NCBI GenBank assembly: GCA_963666285.1
Contig: OY762711.1
Source: Sedimentisphaerales bacterium
Lineage (GTDB): Bacteria; Planctomycetota; Phycisphaerae; Sedimentisphaerales; SM23-30
DNA length: 64,000 nucleotides
Reading direction: 5' to 3' (one strand)
Positions 20,398-31,044 of this stretch are shown here, piece after piece. Made by a program: the position numbers and the translations under genes. The notes under the pieces were generated by a model. The model was not told where the DNA came from. It ran no database searches and saw only the letters and a program-made list of their open reading frames with translations. The first letter of the stretch is position 1. Every line of letters starts with the position of its first letter.

Positions 20398-22095
20398 ATG
20401 GAAGTAAAAACAATGATTTTGGAGCATAAGATATCATTTAAGGCTACGGATGACAAGTGTTTTAGAGATAATCTTGCAGGTTTAGATGAATTTAAGCTAA
20501 TCAATATTATAATAGGGAGAAATAATTCTGGGAAATCTGCATTTTTAGATATTCTTTTGCATGACCTTGGAAGTAAAAAATCTGAGTATCAAGATGTAAT
20601 TTTGGAAGAAGATTTGAATAAATTCATAGGAAAAGATAGGCAAGGAAATTACTCAACTGTTGAAATAGCGAAGGTTAGAGAAGCAATACTTGGGCAACCA
20701 TTTAAAGGAGTTTGTAATTCATCAGGAATTACAAATCATTTTGTCTCAAGCGAAGATATCCAAGCTATTCTTGACGAAAAAGGAATAGGAGCAAGTAGGG
20801 AATATTCGATATGTTTAGATGTCTTTGAAAAAGTTAATTTTAATAGAAAAATATCTATATTTAATAAAAAGGCCATACGTAAAGTTGCAGCAGAAAGAAA
20901 TATTATACCTGAACAGCCTGAAGACTTGTCGAAAAGTGTTGGAGTTCATAACGATGGCAAAAACGCAACTTTGGCGATTACTCATCATTATAGTTTTAAG
21001 GGCGGTAAAGTATCATATCTAAAAGATATACTCAACGGGCTTAATGAAATTTTCAATCCCGATTGTAGATTTAATAATATTAAATCTAAGGCAATTGATA
21101 AAACGACATGGGAAGTATGCTTTGAAGAAGAAAATAAAGATGGTGACATTTACTTGAGTCAGTCAGGAAGTGGGATTAAGACAGTTTTACATGTATTGAT
21201 TAGTTTACATATTGGTGTTAGTGAACCAGGAAATGCAGTTTTTTTATATGAAGAACTTGAAAACAATCTTCATCCTCATGTTGTTCGAAATCTTTTCAGA
21301 TATATTGCAAAATATGCAAAAGAGCATAAATCTGTGTTTTTCATAACAACTCACTCTTCTATTCCAATTGATATGTTTAGAGATGACTTAGATGCTCAAA
21401 TAATACACGTAACGCATGATGGCTGCCAAGCTAAAGCTGAGACAATTAGTACTCTATCAAAATATAGTGATATTATTGATGACATAGGTGTTAAAGCTTC
21501 TGATTTATTACAAGCAAATGGAATTGTCTGGTTAGAAGGCCCATCTGATAGAATATATTTTAATAAATGGATAGAGTTATATAGTAACGGAGAATTAAAA
21601 GAACATATAGATTATGAATGTGCTTTTTATGGAGGCTCTAATTTAGCTAGCCATAAAGCTGGAGCAGATGAAGACAACGATTCTATTGACATTTTGAATG
21701 TAAATAGAAATGCGGTTTTAATTGGTGATAGTGATAGAAAAAGTGAAGAGGATACTATTAAACCGAGATTAGCTCGTATTGAGAAACAAATAGATAAAAA
21801 TGGTAAATATATTTGGATTTTAGATGCTAAGGAAATTGAAAATTATATTCCATATGAGTGTGTTAAAACTTTAGCCCAAAAAGGAAGCCCATCTCCAATT
21901 GGTAAATATGAAATTATGTTTACTGATGATGGCTATTTAAATAAATTTGATATCAAATATAGTTATGACAAAGTACGTTTGGCAAAAGAAGTTGTAAAAA
22001 TTATTACAGATAAGGCGTTATTAGAGCCAATTTTTGACTTAGATAAAAAAATGAAAGAGATATGCCTAGAAATTCAAAAGTGGAATAATAGATAA
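20398..22095 (+). CDS. OLD-family-like ATP-dependent endonuclease (ABC ATPase + TOPRIM); start 20398 or 20413
   Basis: Walker A GRNNSGKS, signature SQSGSG, Walker B/D-loop LYEELENNLHP, H-loop ITTHS, TOPRIM WLEGPSD and GDSD, KEIENY; AT-rich. Confidence 0.85.
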   Translation: MEVKTMILEHKISFKATDDKCFRDNLAGLDEFKLINIIIGRNNSGKSAFLDILLHDLGSKKSEYQDVILEEDLNKFIGKDRQGNYSTVEIAKVREAILGQPFKGVCNSSGITNHFVSSEDIQAILDEKGIGASREYSICLDVFEKVNFNRKISIFNKKAIRKVAAERNIIPEQPEDLSKSVGVHNDGKNATLAITHHYSFKGGKVSYLKDILNGLNEIFNPDCRFNNIKSKAIDKTTWEVCFEEENKDGDIYLSQSGSGIKTVLHVLISLHIGVSEPGNAVFLYEELENNLHPHVVRNLFRYIAKYAKEHKSVFFITTHSSIPIDMFRDDLDAQIIHVTHDGCQAKAETISTLSKYSDIIDDIGVKASDLLQANGIVWLEGPSDRIYFNKWIELYSNGELKEHIDYECAFYGGSNLASHKAGADEDNDSIDILNVNRNAVLIGDSDRKSEEDTIKPRLARIEKQIDKNGKYIWILDAKEIENYIPYECVKTLAQKGSPSPIGKYEIMFTDDGYLNKFDIKYSYDKVRLAKEVVKIITDKALLEPIFDLDKKMKEICLEIQKWNNR

Positions 22096-22150
22096 AACCT
22101 TTCAATATTGATTGGATAATTACGGATGGAAAGGAAATAAGGATTAGATA

Positions 22151-22672
22151 ATGAAAAACGAAATCGATGTATATGAGTATATGAATACGATAGTGTCGGA
22201 GTTGGGTAAGGGTGTTTTGCTGACGACTAAGTATGGCGGTCAAGTAAATACGATGTCGATTGCCTGGGGGCAGATAGGTATCGAATGGAATACCTTGATC
22301 TTTACCGCTTTAGTGAGAGTAAGTCGTCATACTCATACGATGCTGGAAGGTAACGGACAGTTTACGGTTAACTTTCCGAATGGGGCAGATGTGAAGAAGA
22401 TAATCGGCTATTGCGGCAGTAAAAGCGGTCGTGATACAGATAAGATAAAAGATATGGGGTTGACCCTGGTTGATGGTGATGCGGTTGATGTGCCGGGGAT
22501 AAAGGAGCTGCCGCTAACGCTGGAGTGTGAGGTTATATATACCCAGCTGCAGGATAAGGATGCGATACCAGCTGTATATAGAGAACAGTTTTACCCGGTT
22601 GGCAGTGGCGGAGAAGGGGATTATCATACGATGTTTTATGGTAAAGTTTTGAAGGCTTATATATTAGAGTGA
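22151..22672 (+). CDS. Flavin reductase-like (flavoredoxin) protein
   Basis: NTMSIAWG, CGSKSGRDTDK, LECEV, YHTMFYGKV. Confidence 0.9.
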   Translation: MKNEIDVYEYMNTIVSELGKGVLLTTKYGGQVNTMSIAWGQIGIEWNTLIFTALVRVSRHTHTMLEGNGQFTVNFPNGADVKKIIGYCGSKSGRDTDKIKDMGLTLVDGDAVDVPGIKELPLTLECEVIYTQLQDKDAIPAVYREQFYPVGSGGEGDYHTMFYGKVLKAYILE

Positions 22673-22743
22673 GGAAAAAAAAGAGGTTAGATGTGATGAG
22701 TTTTTGAAATGCCGCTGCGTGACCCTACTTTGAGGTTAGAAAT

Positions 22744-23496
22744 ATGTCAGATAAAATATGTGAAATTCGAATAGGAAGTCTTTCGAAATGTGCACATGAA
22801 AGCAAATTTAGATTGCCAGAATCTTCTACTGCTTTATGTGCATTTTCAAAACCAATAGAAATATTGATTACAGGAAAAACGACCGTTGGCAGCCCTCCAA
22901 TTAACGAAAGGAATATTAAAGTTTTTGTTGGGAAAGAACTGGAATGGCAAGATTCAAATATTACAGTTAATAATTTCAGAAGTATTTGGCCAGACATTTT
23001 AGAAATCCTGACAAACTTTCGAGATGAGTATTCTTCATTGTTATACATCTCAGGTGACATTCGTCACGATCGAATATTAAGCACTGTTTTCCCATTTATA
23101 CCGATAGAAATGGATAATATTTATATTAGCGAAATCAAAAATACTACACCTAACCCTTTTAGTCTGGATGCTAGAATTTGTTTTGAATATCAGTATGATA
23201 GTTTTTGTAAATTTGTCGGGCCAAAAGGGTTTCAATATACACTGGGAGTGATGTTTATCATGGGATTAATTGTCCATAAATCTTCAATTAATCAGTTTTT
23301 AGATATTGATTTTACAGATATAAATAATCTTGAAAAGACATTATTAAATGACAATGTCTTTTGTTGGTGGCTTCCAGACAGAGATTTGGAAGCAATAAAT
23401 ATTTGGCATAGAGAACTTTCAGCTGAAGAATTACTTATTCCAATAAAAGAAATGATTGAAAATAAACACAATTTTTCTGTTACTGTTTTTGATTAA
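22744..23496 (+). CDS. Hypothetical protein, AT-rich
   Basis: 250-aa ORF with GAGG RBS; no recognised motif. Confidence 0.65.
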   Translation: MSDKICEIRIGSLSKCAHESKFRLPESSTALCAFSKPIEILITGKTTVGSPPINERNIKVFVGKELEWQDSNITVNNFRSIWPDILEILTNFRDEYSSLLYISGDIRHDRILSTVFPFIPIEMDNIYISEIKNTTPNPFSLDARICFEYQYDSFCKFVGPKGFQYTLGVMFIMGLIVHKSSINQFLDIDFTDINNLEKTLLNDNVFCWWLPDRDLEAINIWHRELSAEELLIPIKEMIENKHNFSVTVFD

Positions 23497-23641
23497 CAAG
23501 TATGCAACATCGGCTGTATACAGAGAGCAGTTTTCCCCGGCGGGATTTTATTTAACCATTAAATTGACGAAATTAACAAAAAATCTTTGCGGACTTTAAT
23601 TTAATGGTGATTGTGTATAATAGAATAGTTTGAGGGAACAA

Positions 23642-24274
23642 ATGGGTTGTGACTGGTATAGAAATGAAGAATGGAATGATAATATTGAAAAAGCTTTTTT
23701 TGACAGATTAAACCGGTCCAGAGGTCAATTTCATAAAGCTCAATATTTGCGAATTCAAGCGGTATGTCTTGAAAAAGAGGAACCAGAAGTTGCCTTAAGA
23801 TTGTTAGATTTAATTATAAGCGAATATCCGGAACCGTCCGAATTGGCTTTGGTGTATTTTCAAAAAGCAGAATGTTATGTGTCTTTATCTATGCTTGATA
23901 ACGCTGTTTATTGGTATAGAAAGTCGCTTGATCAAGAGAGTGTATATAAGAATGTTAAAACGGATTGCTATCTTAATTATTCAGTCTTTGCAGTGACTTT
24001 TGAATTGGAAGAGTTATACCAGGAAGTTAAAAAGATACTTCTTTCCAATACGGAAAGATTAAAGTTCCCTGTTGATCGTTACCGGTATCATATGTCACTA
24101 TCCATTATAGAATGGGAGCAAGGAGATTGTTTAAAAGCAAAAGAACATGCCGGTTTGGCTCTTGATGCAATTTCAAATGAATATTCCGGATTTCGATACC
24201 ATTCAAAGGTTGGATTAGTTGGAAACCCTGATAACAGAATAGTTAATAAATTGCTAGAAATTTTACATTCATAG
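23642..24274 (+). CDS. TPR-like hypothetical protein
   Basis: DWYRNEEWN...KAQYLRIQA; helical repeat pattern; GAGGGA RBS before ATG 23642. Confidence 0.7.
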   Translation: MGCDWYRNEEWNDNIEKAFFDRLNRSRGQFHKAQYLRIQAVCLEKEEPEVALRLLDLIISEYPEPSELALVYFQKAECYVSLSMLDNAVYWYRKSLDQESVYKNVKTDCYLNYSVFAVTFELEELYQEVKKILLSNTERLKFPVDRYRYHMSLSIIEWEQGDCLKAKEHAGLALDAISNEYSGFRYHSKVGLVGNPDNRIVNKLLEILHS

Positions 24275-24302
24275 CGAATTATGTTTTTGTTATGCGGTGC
24301 AT

Positions 24303-24341
24303 AAAAAAAATGGAGAATGTGCTTTAGGGCACAAACTCCAC
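24303..24341 (-). terminator. Intrinsic terminator on the minus strand
   Basis: Minus strand TGGAGtttGTGC-cctaaa-GCACattCTCCA followed by T8. Confidence 0.6.
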
Positions 24342-24487
24342 TTTGCTTTTTGTGATATAATAACCCTTACACCGCCCATTCCTCCAAAAGGAGGTAATGG
24401 GTCGGCTAAAGGTGAATTCGAGGTGGTTGTAGAGTTTTTTTTTATCTATAACCAGTCTATTATGAAGCTAAAACTAATATGTTGTTG

Positions 24488-26620
24488 TTATTGCTTTAAT
24501 GGCAGAATTCTGATATTACGGAATTCGACATAGTCGCCGTGACCGAGGAACCCGATATGTCCGGTTTTATTGAACAGTCCGGGGTGTTCTGTACCAGAGA
24601 TAATACCGTCTTTGGTAGCTTCCTTGAGGTTGGCATCTACGATGGTCGTACCGTTTAGTATAACCTTAATATCATCGCCGTTTGCGATAACTTCCTCAGT
24701 ATTCCACTGGCCGACCGGGTTGAGGAACCCGCGTTTGGCCGGGTATATGCCGTAGATAGATCCATGATACTGCCAGTCGTGCAGGTTGGAGTATTTAGCG
24801 GCAGTATTGTCTAGTATCTGAAGCTCCATGCCGACATAGGCCGCATCACCTTCGAGCGGTGCTCGGATGCCCAGGCCGTTGTTGGAGCCAGGTTCAAGTT
24901 TGAAATCGAACCTGAGTATGAAGTTATCATATTCTTTTTCGGTGTAGATATTTCTGCCGGTATCTTTACGACAGAAGATAACACCGTCTTTTACGCCGTA
25001 GCTGTTGGTAGATCCGACCCAACCGGTGAGGTCGGTGCCGTTGAACAGTTGTACGAAGCCCTGTTTCTTTTCTTCGGCAGTGAGTACATTCTGCGTTTCG
25101 CCGTTTTGCAGTTCGCGGATAAATATATTCCTGAAGCGAGCTTTGCTGGTGTCGAAGCCAACTCCGCCTGGATGTACCTGAAGGCAGATAGTCCCTTCAG
25201 TAGGTACGTTCTTTGTAGATTCAGCGGTATGCTGGAAGTCAGTGATGAGTTTATCGTTCAGCCATACCTTGATATGAGCAGGTTCGCCAACGCAGGTGAT
25301 TCTCAGCTTGTTCCACTGGTCTTTCTTGAACTGTTTGACACCGTCAGGGCAGTGGTGTACGAAATTCTGAGTCCATGGGCAGTATATACCGCCGACTTCA
25401 CCGCCGTCACGATAGTCAAGTGTTACCTGATGGCTTTTACCGTGCGGACCGACTCTCAGGAATATACCACTGTCGAAAGGCCAGTCAATTTTAGTTTCCA
25501 GAGTAAGTTCGAAATTGCGGAATGTGTCGAGTGTAGTTAAAAATCCTCCTCCGCCTGGTGGGTCCTGCATGCCAACGATAGCATTATCTTCTACGAACCA
25601 TTTTCCCTTAGGCTGGTTGTTGTCACCGGGCAGCTTGTCGTGCAGTTTCCACCCGGTAAGGTCTTTGCCGTTAAAGAGAGATGCATATCCTTGCGGGGCA
25701 ATGTTGCCGGTTTCGACATATTTTGTGCCGGTAGCTTCGAGCAGGGTAATTTTAGCCGCGTTACGGATATTATCGGCGACACCGTTGGTGTTCAATATTT
25801 TAGTGCAAATCTGCTCGCAAAGGTCTTTTGCCCCGTTTTCGGCCAGCCTGGCAGCATAAGAAAGGTAGAGCGAACTGTATTTAGCACGTTTGTATGGATC
25901 GGCATCGTTAGCGGCATCTTCGAGAATGGATTTGGAAGATGGGTCACCGATTTTCGCCAGTGCGTGTAGTGAGGTTACCCTCAATTTTTCATTTTGGCTT
26001 TTGGCGTACCCGGAAATAGCCGGAATTGCGGCAGATGACTTTAGTTCGCCCAGTGCCTGGATAATGAAAGGTTTGCATGAATCGTCAGCAGAGTTCATTG
26101 CCAGCAGAAATACTTTTTCAATTTTCGGATCATTGATAGTTAATAATGCCCGTGCTGCATAGTCGGCGAGATATTGATCGTTTAATAAAGTTCCAAGGGT
26201 TTTAATCGTTTTTGCCGAGCCGACATACTGAAGCTGTCTTATTAAGAAAGCCTTGTTGGTGTCATCCGGAATTATAGTCAAGGCATATAAAAGTGCAGTT
26301 TCATATTTACGTGTTTCCCTGGAATTGGAATTGCGAGCCAGAAGGTTAGTCATCGCATTTAAGCCGAACAGGGCACTGTTGTCATTGACCTGGTCGGCAG
26401 GTTTCAGCATTTTAGCGAGTAGAATGGTTGAGTCCGGGTTGAGTTTTGCGAGTTCATTTGCCAGCTTGTCGGCAGAACCGGAATCCTGGGTCGGCATCTG
26501 GCTGACGATTTCAATTACTTTTGCCTGGACATCCTTGCTGATTTTTGAGTCAGGTTGTGAACATCCACAGAAAAATGCCAGCATGATTAGCGGCAGAATT
26601 AGATATTTGTATTGTTTCAT
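24488..26620 (-). CDS. Lipoprotein with HEAT repeats and two DUF1080 (3-keto-disaccharide hydrolase-like) domains
   Basis: Lipobox FCGC; LFNGKDLTGW and LFNGTDLTGW; NNGLGIR, ELQILDN, GHIGFLGHG, FRNI. Confidence 0.88.
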   Translation of the reverse strand: MKQYKYLILPLIMLAFFCGCSQPDSKISKDVQAKVIEIVSQMPTQDSGSADKLANELAKLNPDSTILLAKMLKPADQVNDNSALFGLNAMTNLLARNSNSRETRKYETALLYALTIIPDDTNKAFLIRQLQYVGSAKTIKTLGTLLNDQYLADYAARALLTINDPKIEKVFLLAMNSADDSCKPFIIQALGELKSSAAIPAISGYAKSQNEKLRVTSLHALAKIGDPSSKSILEDAANDADPYKRAKYSSLYLSYAARLAENGAKDLCEQICTKILNTNGVADNIRNAAKITLLEATGTKYVETGNIAPQGYASLFNGKDLTGWKLHDKLPGDNNQPKGKWFVEDNAIVGMQDPPGGGGFLTTLDTFRNFELTLETKIDWPFDSGIFLRVGPHGKSHQVTLDYRDGGEVGGIYCPWTQNFVHHCPDGVKQFKKDQWNKLRITCVGEPAHIKVWLNDKLITDFQHTAESTKNVPTEGTICLQVHPGGVGFDTSKARFRNIFIRELQNGETQNVLTAEEKKQGFVQLFNGTDLTGWVGSTNSYGVKDGVIFCRKDTGRNIYTEKEYDNFILRFDFKLEPGSNNGLGIRAPLEGDAAYVGMELQILDNTAAKYSNLHDWQYHGSIYGIYPAKRGFLNPVGQWNTEEVIANGDDIKVILNGTTIVDANLKEATKDGIISGTEHPGLFNKTGHIGFLGHGDYVEFRNIRILPLKQ

Positions 26621-26741
26621 AGTATATTTCCAGTAATTTAGTGTATTTAATATTAGTACGCTTCGTACTTCTTATTTTTCAACATTATCCTTGAAGGCCT
26701 ATAGACGATATTTGCAACGATAATAGTGCGATAGAAAAGTA

Positions 26742-28040
26742 TTATATCGTCCATGGAGCCCGCATAGGCTGTTTGATCATGCGGTTAGCCTGATCGTCGT
26801 TGATAAACAACTGTTTCTCCGGGTCAAATTTAAGGTTTCTGCCGAGTCTGACCGCGATTATGGCCATGTTGACAAGGGTACATGAACGGTGGCCGTTTTC
26901 TTCGTTAAGGGCGAATTTTTTGCGGGTGCGAACAGATTCGTTGAAATTAGTTATAACCGGTGGCAGGTCAGGCAGTTCGGCAACCTTTTCCTTGATGTTT
27001 GGAATATCAGATTTGAAATCTTTGTATAATTTTCCATTGCTTCCTTCAACGAAAGCAGCTTTTTTGTCGCGGTTATCACCATCAAGTACAATCTGGCAGC
27101 CATCGGCATATTTGAAAACAACTCTACGCCATGGTTTAGCAGCGTCCGGGTGTTGCTGTTGAGTTTCAACCAGAACTTCTACCGGGCTGGTATTGTCTTT
27201 GCCGAGAATGAACTGTGCCGGGTCGAGGTAATGCTGGCCCATATCGCCAAGCCCGCCGCCGTCATAGTCCCAGTATCCGCGGAACGAAGCATGTACCCTG
27301 TGCGGATGGTAAGGTTTTACCGGAGCCGGTCCGAGCCACATGTCATAGTCCAGGCAATCCGGTACCGGCTGGGCGGTAAGGTCGGTTTTGCCACTCCAGT
27401 AATCCAGTTTCCAGTTAAGTCCTGTGGTTTCGCTGATAGTGATCTTTAGCGGCCATCCAAGCATGCCTGAATCTACCAGTTTCTTGGTTGGTCGCACCTC
27501 TGCGCCTGTGCCGTCATTTGTATTGTATCCACCAGCAAAACCGCTTCTGAATCTGAACCATGTATTAAGTCTCAGAACGCGTCCGTTTCGCTTGACAGCT
27601 TCAACGACCTTCTGGCCTTCGTATATGGTACGTGTAAATGGTTTTTCGCACCAGATGTCTTTGCCGGCGTTGGCAGCTGCAATAGCCATTAAGCCGTGCC
27701 AGTGAGGAGGGGTTACTACGTGAACCACATCGATATCCGGGCGGGCGAGCATCTCACGGAAATCATGGTAGCCTTTACACCCGTTACCTGCCTTGTTGAG
27801 TGCGTTCTTCAAATGGTTGGAATCTACATCGCAAACGGCGAGCAGCTCACCTTCCGGGTCGTTTTTGACATAGTCGATATGCCCCATTCCCATCATGCCG
27901 GTACCAATGATACCATGACAGATTTTTTCACTTGGTGCGATAAATCCATTACCGCCAAGAACGTGCCTGGGGATAATTGAGAATGCCCCAACAGACAGAA
28001 GCGATTGTTTGATAAATGTTCGACGATTGCTTTTGCTCAT
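26742..28040 (-). CDS. Gfo/Idh/MocA oxidoreductase with Tat signal
   Basis: NRRTFIK, IIGTGMMG, TPPHWH, WCEKP, DMWLGPAP, DMGQHYLD. Confidence 0.92.
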   Translation of the reverse strand: MSKSNRRTFIKQSLLSVGAFSIIPRHVLGGNGFIAPSEKICHGIIGTGMMGMGHIDYVKNDPEGELLAVCDVDSNHLKNALNKAGNGCKGYHDFREMLARPDIDVVHVVTPPHWHGLMAIAAANAGKDIWCEKPFTRTIYEGQKVVEAVKRNGRVLRLNTWFRFRSGFAGGYNTNDGTGAEVRPTKKLVDSGMLGWPLKITISETTGLNWKLDYWSGKTDLTAQPVPDCLDYDMWLGPAPVKPYHPHRVHASFRGYWDYDGGGLGDMGQHYLDPAQFILGKDNTSPVEVLVETQQQHPDAAKPWRRVVFKYADGCQIVLDGDNRDKKAAFVEGSNGKLYKDFKSDIPNIKEKVAELPDLPPVITNFNESVRTRKKFALNEENGHRSCTLVNMAIIAVRLGRNLKFDPEKQLFINDDQANRMIKQPMRAPWTI

Positions 28041-28309
28041 AATTGATAGCTCCGAATTGTTACCTGTAATGGTTATTGTTCGTTATCTGCAGATGATATG
28101 TTGTTAGCGTATTAAAATACATTTTATGCAGATAAGGAGTGTATGTTTAACGTCATTATCATTATATTTCATATATATGTATAATAAATACCATTTTCGG
28201 TTTATTTTTCTCCATATCTTGCATATAATAGGAGTGAGGCATAGTCGTTGGCTTCGTCTATAGCAGTGTGATTTTTGGCATAGAAAGTGTAGTCAGGTAG
28301 AAAGAATTA

Positions 28310-29506
28310 ATGGCGTTAATATTGAAGCCCGGAGGTTGTGAATTGTTGAAGCTGCTCAAAATATTGCTGATTGTGGAGTCTTCACGTACATGCGAGCGAG
28401 ATTTTTTGCGTGGTATTGCCCGTTATGCGCGTATGCATGGCCCGTGGACGTTCTATCATAAGCCAAAGTTTTATTTGCGGTCAGACAGTCGGGCGATTTC
28501 CATCTCGCAGATAAAAAGTTTTGAACCGGACGGCATAATAGTGTCAGATGTTGAGAATATAGACAAGATACTGGCATTTAATGTGCCGACAGTCATTCAT
28601 ACATTCAAGAAGAATACCTATGATTTGCCGATGGTGTTGGGCGATACGGAGAAGGCAGGGCGGCTGGGTGCCGAGCATTTGCTGGGGTTGGGACATAAGA
28701 ATTTTGCATTTTGCGGGATGGGAGATTATTACTGGTCGAGAGACCGTTACGAGTATTATAGACGTGCTGTCGAGGAGAATGGGTTTTCTGTGTCGTATTT
28801 TGAGTTGAATCCGAGACGGATAAGAGTAGCGAGAGAGTCAGAGCTTCAGTCGCTGGCTAAATGGCTGAAGAGTTTACCGAAACCGGTAGGTATGATGACT
28901 TGTGCTGATGACTGTTCGCAGCATGTAGTAGAGGCCTGTAAATCGGTTGATATTCGGATACCGGAACAAGTGAGTATAGTTGGTGTCGATAACGATGATA
29001 TGATCTGCGAGCTTTCTGACCCGCCGCTGACGAGTATAAGTATGAATTTTGAGGCGGCCGGGTATCAAACGGCTGTATTGCTGGGACAGTTGATAGAAAA
29101 AGGGAAAACAGGTCAGAGATGTATTACGGTAGAACCGACCCATGTTGAGGTGCGTACTTCGAGTAATATTAATGCTATCGCCGATTCGGATGTGGCAGCT
29201 GCGGTGAGATATATTCAGAATCATGCCAGTCAGCAGCTGCAGGTATCGGATATTATGAAGCATGTTGCCTGTTGTCAGAGGCTGCTGCATGATAAATTTA
29301 AGCAGCATCTGGGCAGGAGTATCCATTCGGAGATAAAAAGAGTGCGGATCGAGAAAATAGCCGCGATGCTGCGTGATACCGAACTGTCAGTTTCGCAGAT
29401 AGCGGTCAGGCTTGGTTATATGAACGCGAATCATTTATCAAGATATTTTAAGCAGCAGATGGGTACGACGCCTTTGGCATACAGAAAAAGTGTGAATCCG
29501 GGGTGA
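28310..29506 (+). CDS. XylR-type regulator (LacI-like sensor + AraC HTH); start may be a few codons downstream
   Basis: WLKSLPKPVG, IPEQVSIVGVDND, DPPLTSI, C-terminal AraC motif FKQQMGTTPLAYR. Confidence 0.92.
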   Translation: MALILKPGGCELLKLLKILLIVESSRTCERDFLRGIARYARMHGPWTFYHKPKFYLRSDSRAISISQIKSFEPDGIIVSDVENIDKILAFNVPTVIHTFKKNTYDLPMVLGDTEKAGRLGAEHLLGLGHKNFAFCGMGDYYWSRDRYEYYRRAVEENGFSVSYFELNPRRIRVARESELQSLAKWLKSLPKPVGMMTCADDCSQHVVEACKSVDIRIPEQVSIVGVDNDDMICELSDPPLTSISMNFEAAGYQTAVLLGQLIEKGKTGQRCITVEPTHVEVRTSSNINAIADSDVAAAVRYIQNHASQQLQVSDIMKHVACCQRLLHDKFKQHLGRSIHSEIKRVRIEKIAAMLRDTELSVSQIAVRLGYMNANHLSRYFKQQMGTTPLAYRKSVNPG

Positions 29507-29710
29507 TAGAGCGATTACATGGTGGGGAAAGCGAAAAAGGTTGCATTGTTGTATCTCTTTGTTATTTATGGGTTTATGGGAGCTGGGGTTTTGTCGGCAT
29601 TAATGAATGGTCTTCTTTGCTTGCAATTTGTGTGAGATTCTACTAATATATGCGTTTTCTCTTGCCGGAGGGCAGGGGAGTATAACTCTATATATTATAC
29701 GGAGATAAAA

Positions 29711-30961
29711 ATGGCAGACAATCTTGAATTTTTGCGTCAGAGTGACCCTGAGATTTATAATCTCATAGTAAAAGAACACGATCGTCAGCAGAATACGCTG
29801 GAGCTGATTGCCTCGGAGAACCATACCTCCAAGGCGATAATGGAAGCGGCTGGAAGCTGTCTGACAAATAAATATGCAGAAGGTTATCCGCAGAAGCGTT
29901 ATTACGGCGGCTGCGAACATGTAGATGATGTCGAACAGCTGGCAATTGATCGCTGTAAAGAGCTTTTTGGCTGTGAGCATGCGAATGTTCAGCCGCATTC
30001 AGGATCTCAGGCTAATATGGCAGCATATTTTGCCGCTTTGTCAGCCGGTGACTCTATCCTGGCGATGGACCTGGCTCATGGCGGGCATTTGACCCATGGT
30101 TTCAAGATCAATTTCAGCGGAAAACTGTACCAGGTATATAGCTATGGCGTAACCGAAGATACTGAAACTATCGATTACGATCAGATGGCAAAGCTGGCGG
30201 CAGAGCATAAGCCAAAGATGATCGTTTGTGGTGCCAGTGCATATCCACGAGTAATAGATTTTGAAAAGATCGCTTCAATTGCACATGAAAACGGGGCGGT
30301 AGTAATGGCTGATATAGCACATATTGCCGGTCTGGTTTGTACCGGACTGCATCCAAGCCCGGTACCAAGCTGTGAGTTTGTTACAACAACAACCCATAAG
30401 ACCCTGCGTGGTCCTCGAAGCGGCCTGGTAATGTGTAAGGAAGAATATGCTAAGAAAGTAAACTCAGCAGTATTTCCCGGTATGCAGGGTGGCCCGCTTT
30501 GTCATGTAGTTGCGGCCAAGGCAGTTGCGTTTGGTGAAGCATTGAAACCTGAATACAAGCAGTATATGGAACAGGTAGTAAAGAATTGTAAGGTACTGGC
30601 CGAACAGCTTGTATCTCGCGGTTTCAGATTGTGTTCCGGTGGCTCTGATAACCACCTGATGCTGCTTGACCTTCGTCCTTATGATGAAAACCTGACCGGT
30701 GCCCAGGCTGAAAAATGGCTGCAGGCGGCCGGTATCATAACCAATAAGAATCTTATTCCGTTTGATACCCGTAAGGCTACAGAAGCTTCCGGTATTCGTA
30801 TTGGAACACCGGCGTTAACAACACGCGGGCTGAAAGAAGATGAAATGAAGAAACTCGCCGCTATGATTGACACTGCACTTAAGAGCGAAGGCGATGAAGC
30901 TAAATTGGCTGTTGTAAAAGAACAGGTTAAGGAAATGTGTGACCAGTTCCCGTTAGACTAA
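29711..30961 (+). CDS. glyA: Serine hydroxymethyltransferase
   Basis: [44 protein letters not shown]. Confidence 0.98.
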   Translation: MADNLEFLRQSDPEIYNLIVKEHDRQQNTLELIASENHTSKAIMEAAGSCLTNKYAEGYPQKRYYGGCEHVDDVEQLAIDRCKELFGCEHANVQPHSGSQANMAAYFAALSAGDSILAMDLAHGGHLTHGFKINFSGKLYQVYSYGVTEDTETIDYDQMAKLAAEHKPKMIVCGASAYPRVIDFEKIASIAHENGAVVMADIAHIAGLVCTGLHPSPVPSCEFVTTTTHKTLRGPRSGLVMCKEEYAKKVNSAVFPGMQGGPLCHVVAAKAVAFGEALKPEYKQYMEQVVKNCKVLAEQLVSRGFRLCSGGSDNHLMLLDLRPYDENLTGAQAEKWLQAAGIITNKNLIPFDTRKATEASGIRIGTPALTTRGLKEDEMKKLAAMIDTALKSEGDEAKLAVVKEQVKEMCDQFPLD

Positions 30962-31014
30962 ATCCAGAGTAATATTCATTTTATAGATAAACCTTACCCA
31001 GGTTTTTCATATAG

Positions 31015-31044
31015 ACCGTTCGGCGACCCCGGGCGGTTTTTTTT
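31015..31044 (+). terminator. Intrinsic terminator after glyA
   Basis: ACCGTTCGG-cgacc-CCGGGCGGT followed by a T run. Confidence 0.8.

Noticed and set aside
20398..24274. Gabija or retron system
   Set aside because: No UvrD-like GajB and no RT or msr-msd next to the OLD-like gene.
29507..29710. ZTP or THF riboswitch upstream of glyA
   Set aside because: No recognisable conserved aptamer motifs; the region looks like a plain promoter.
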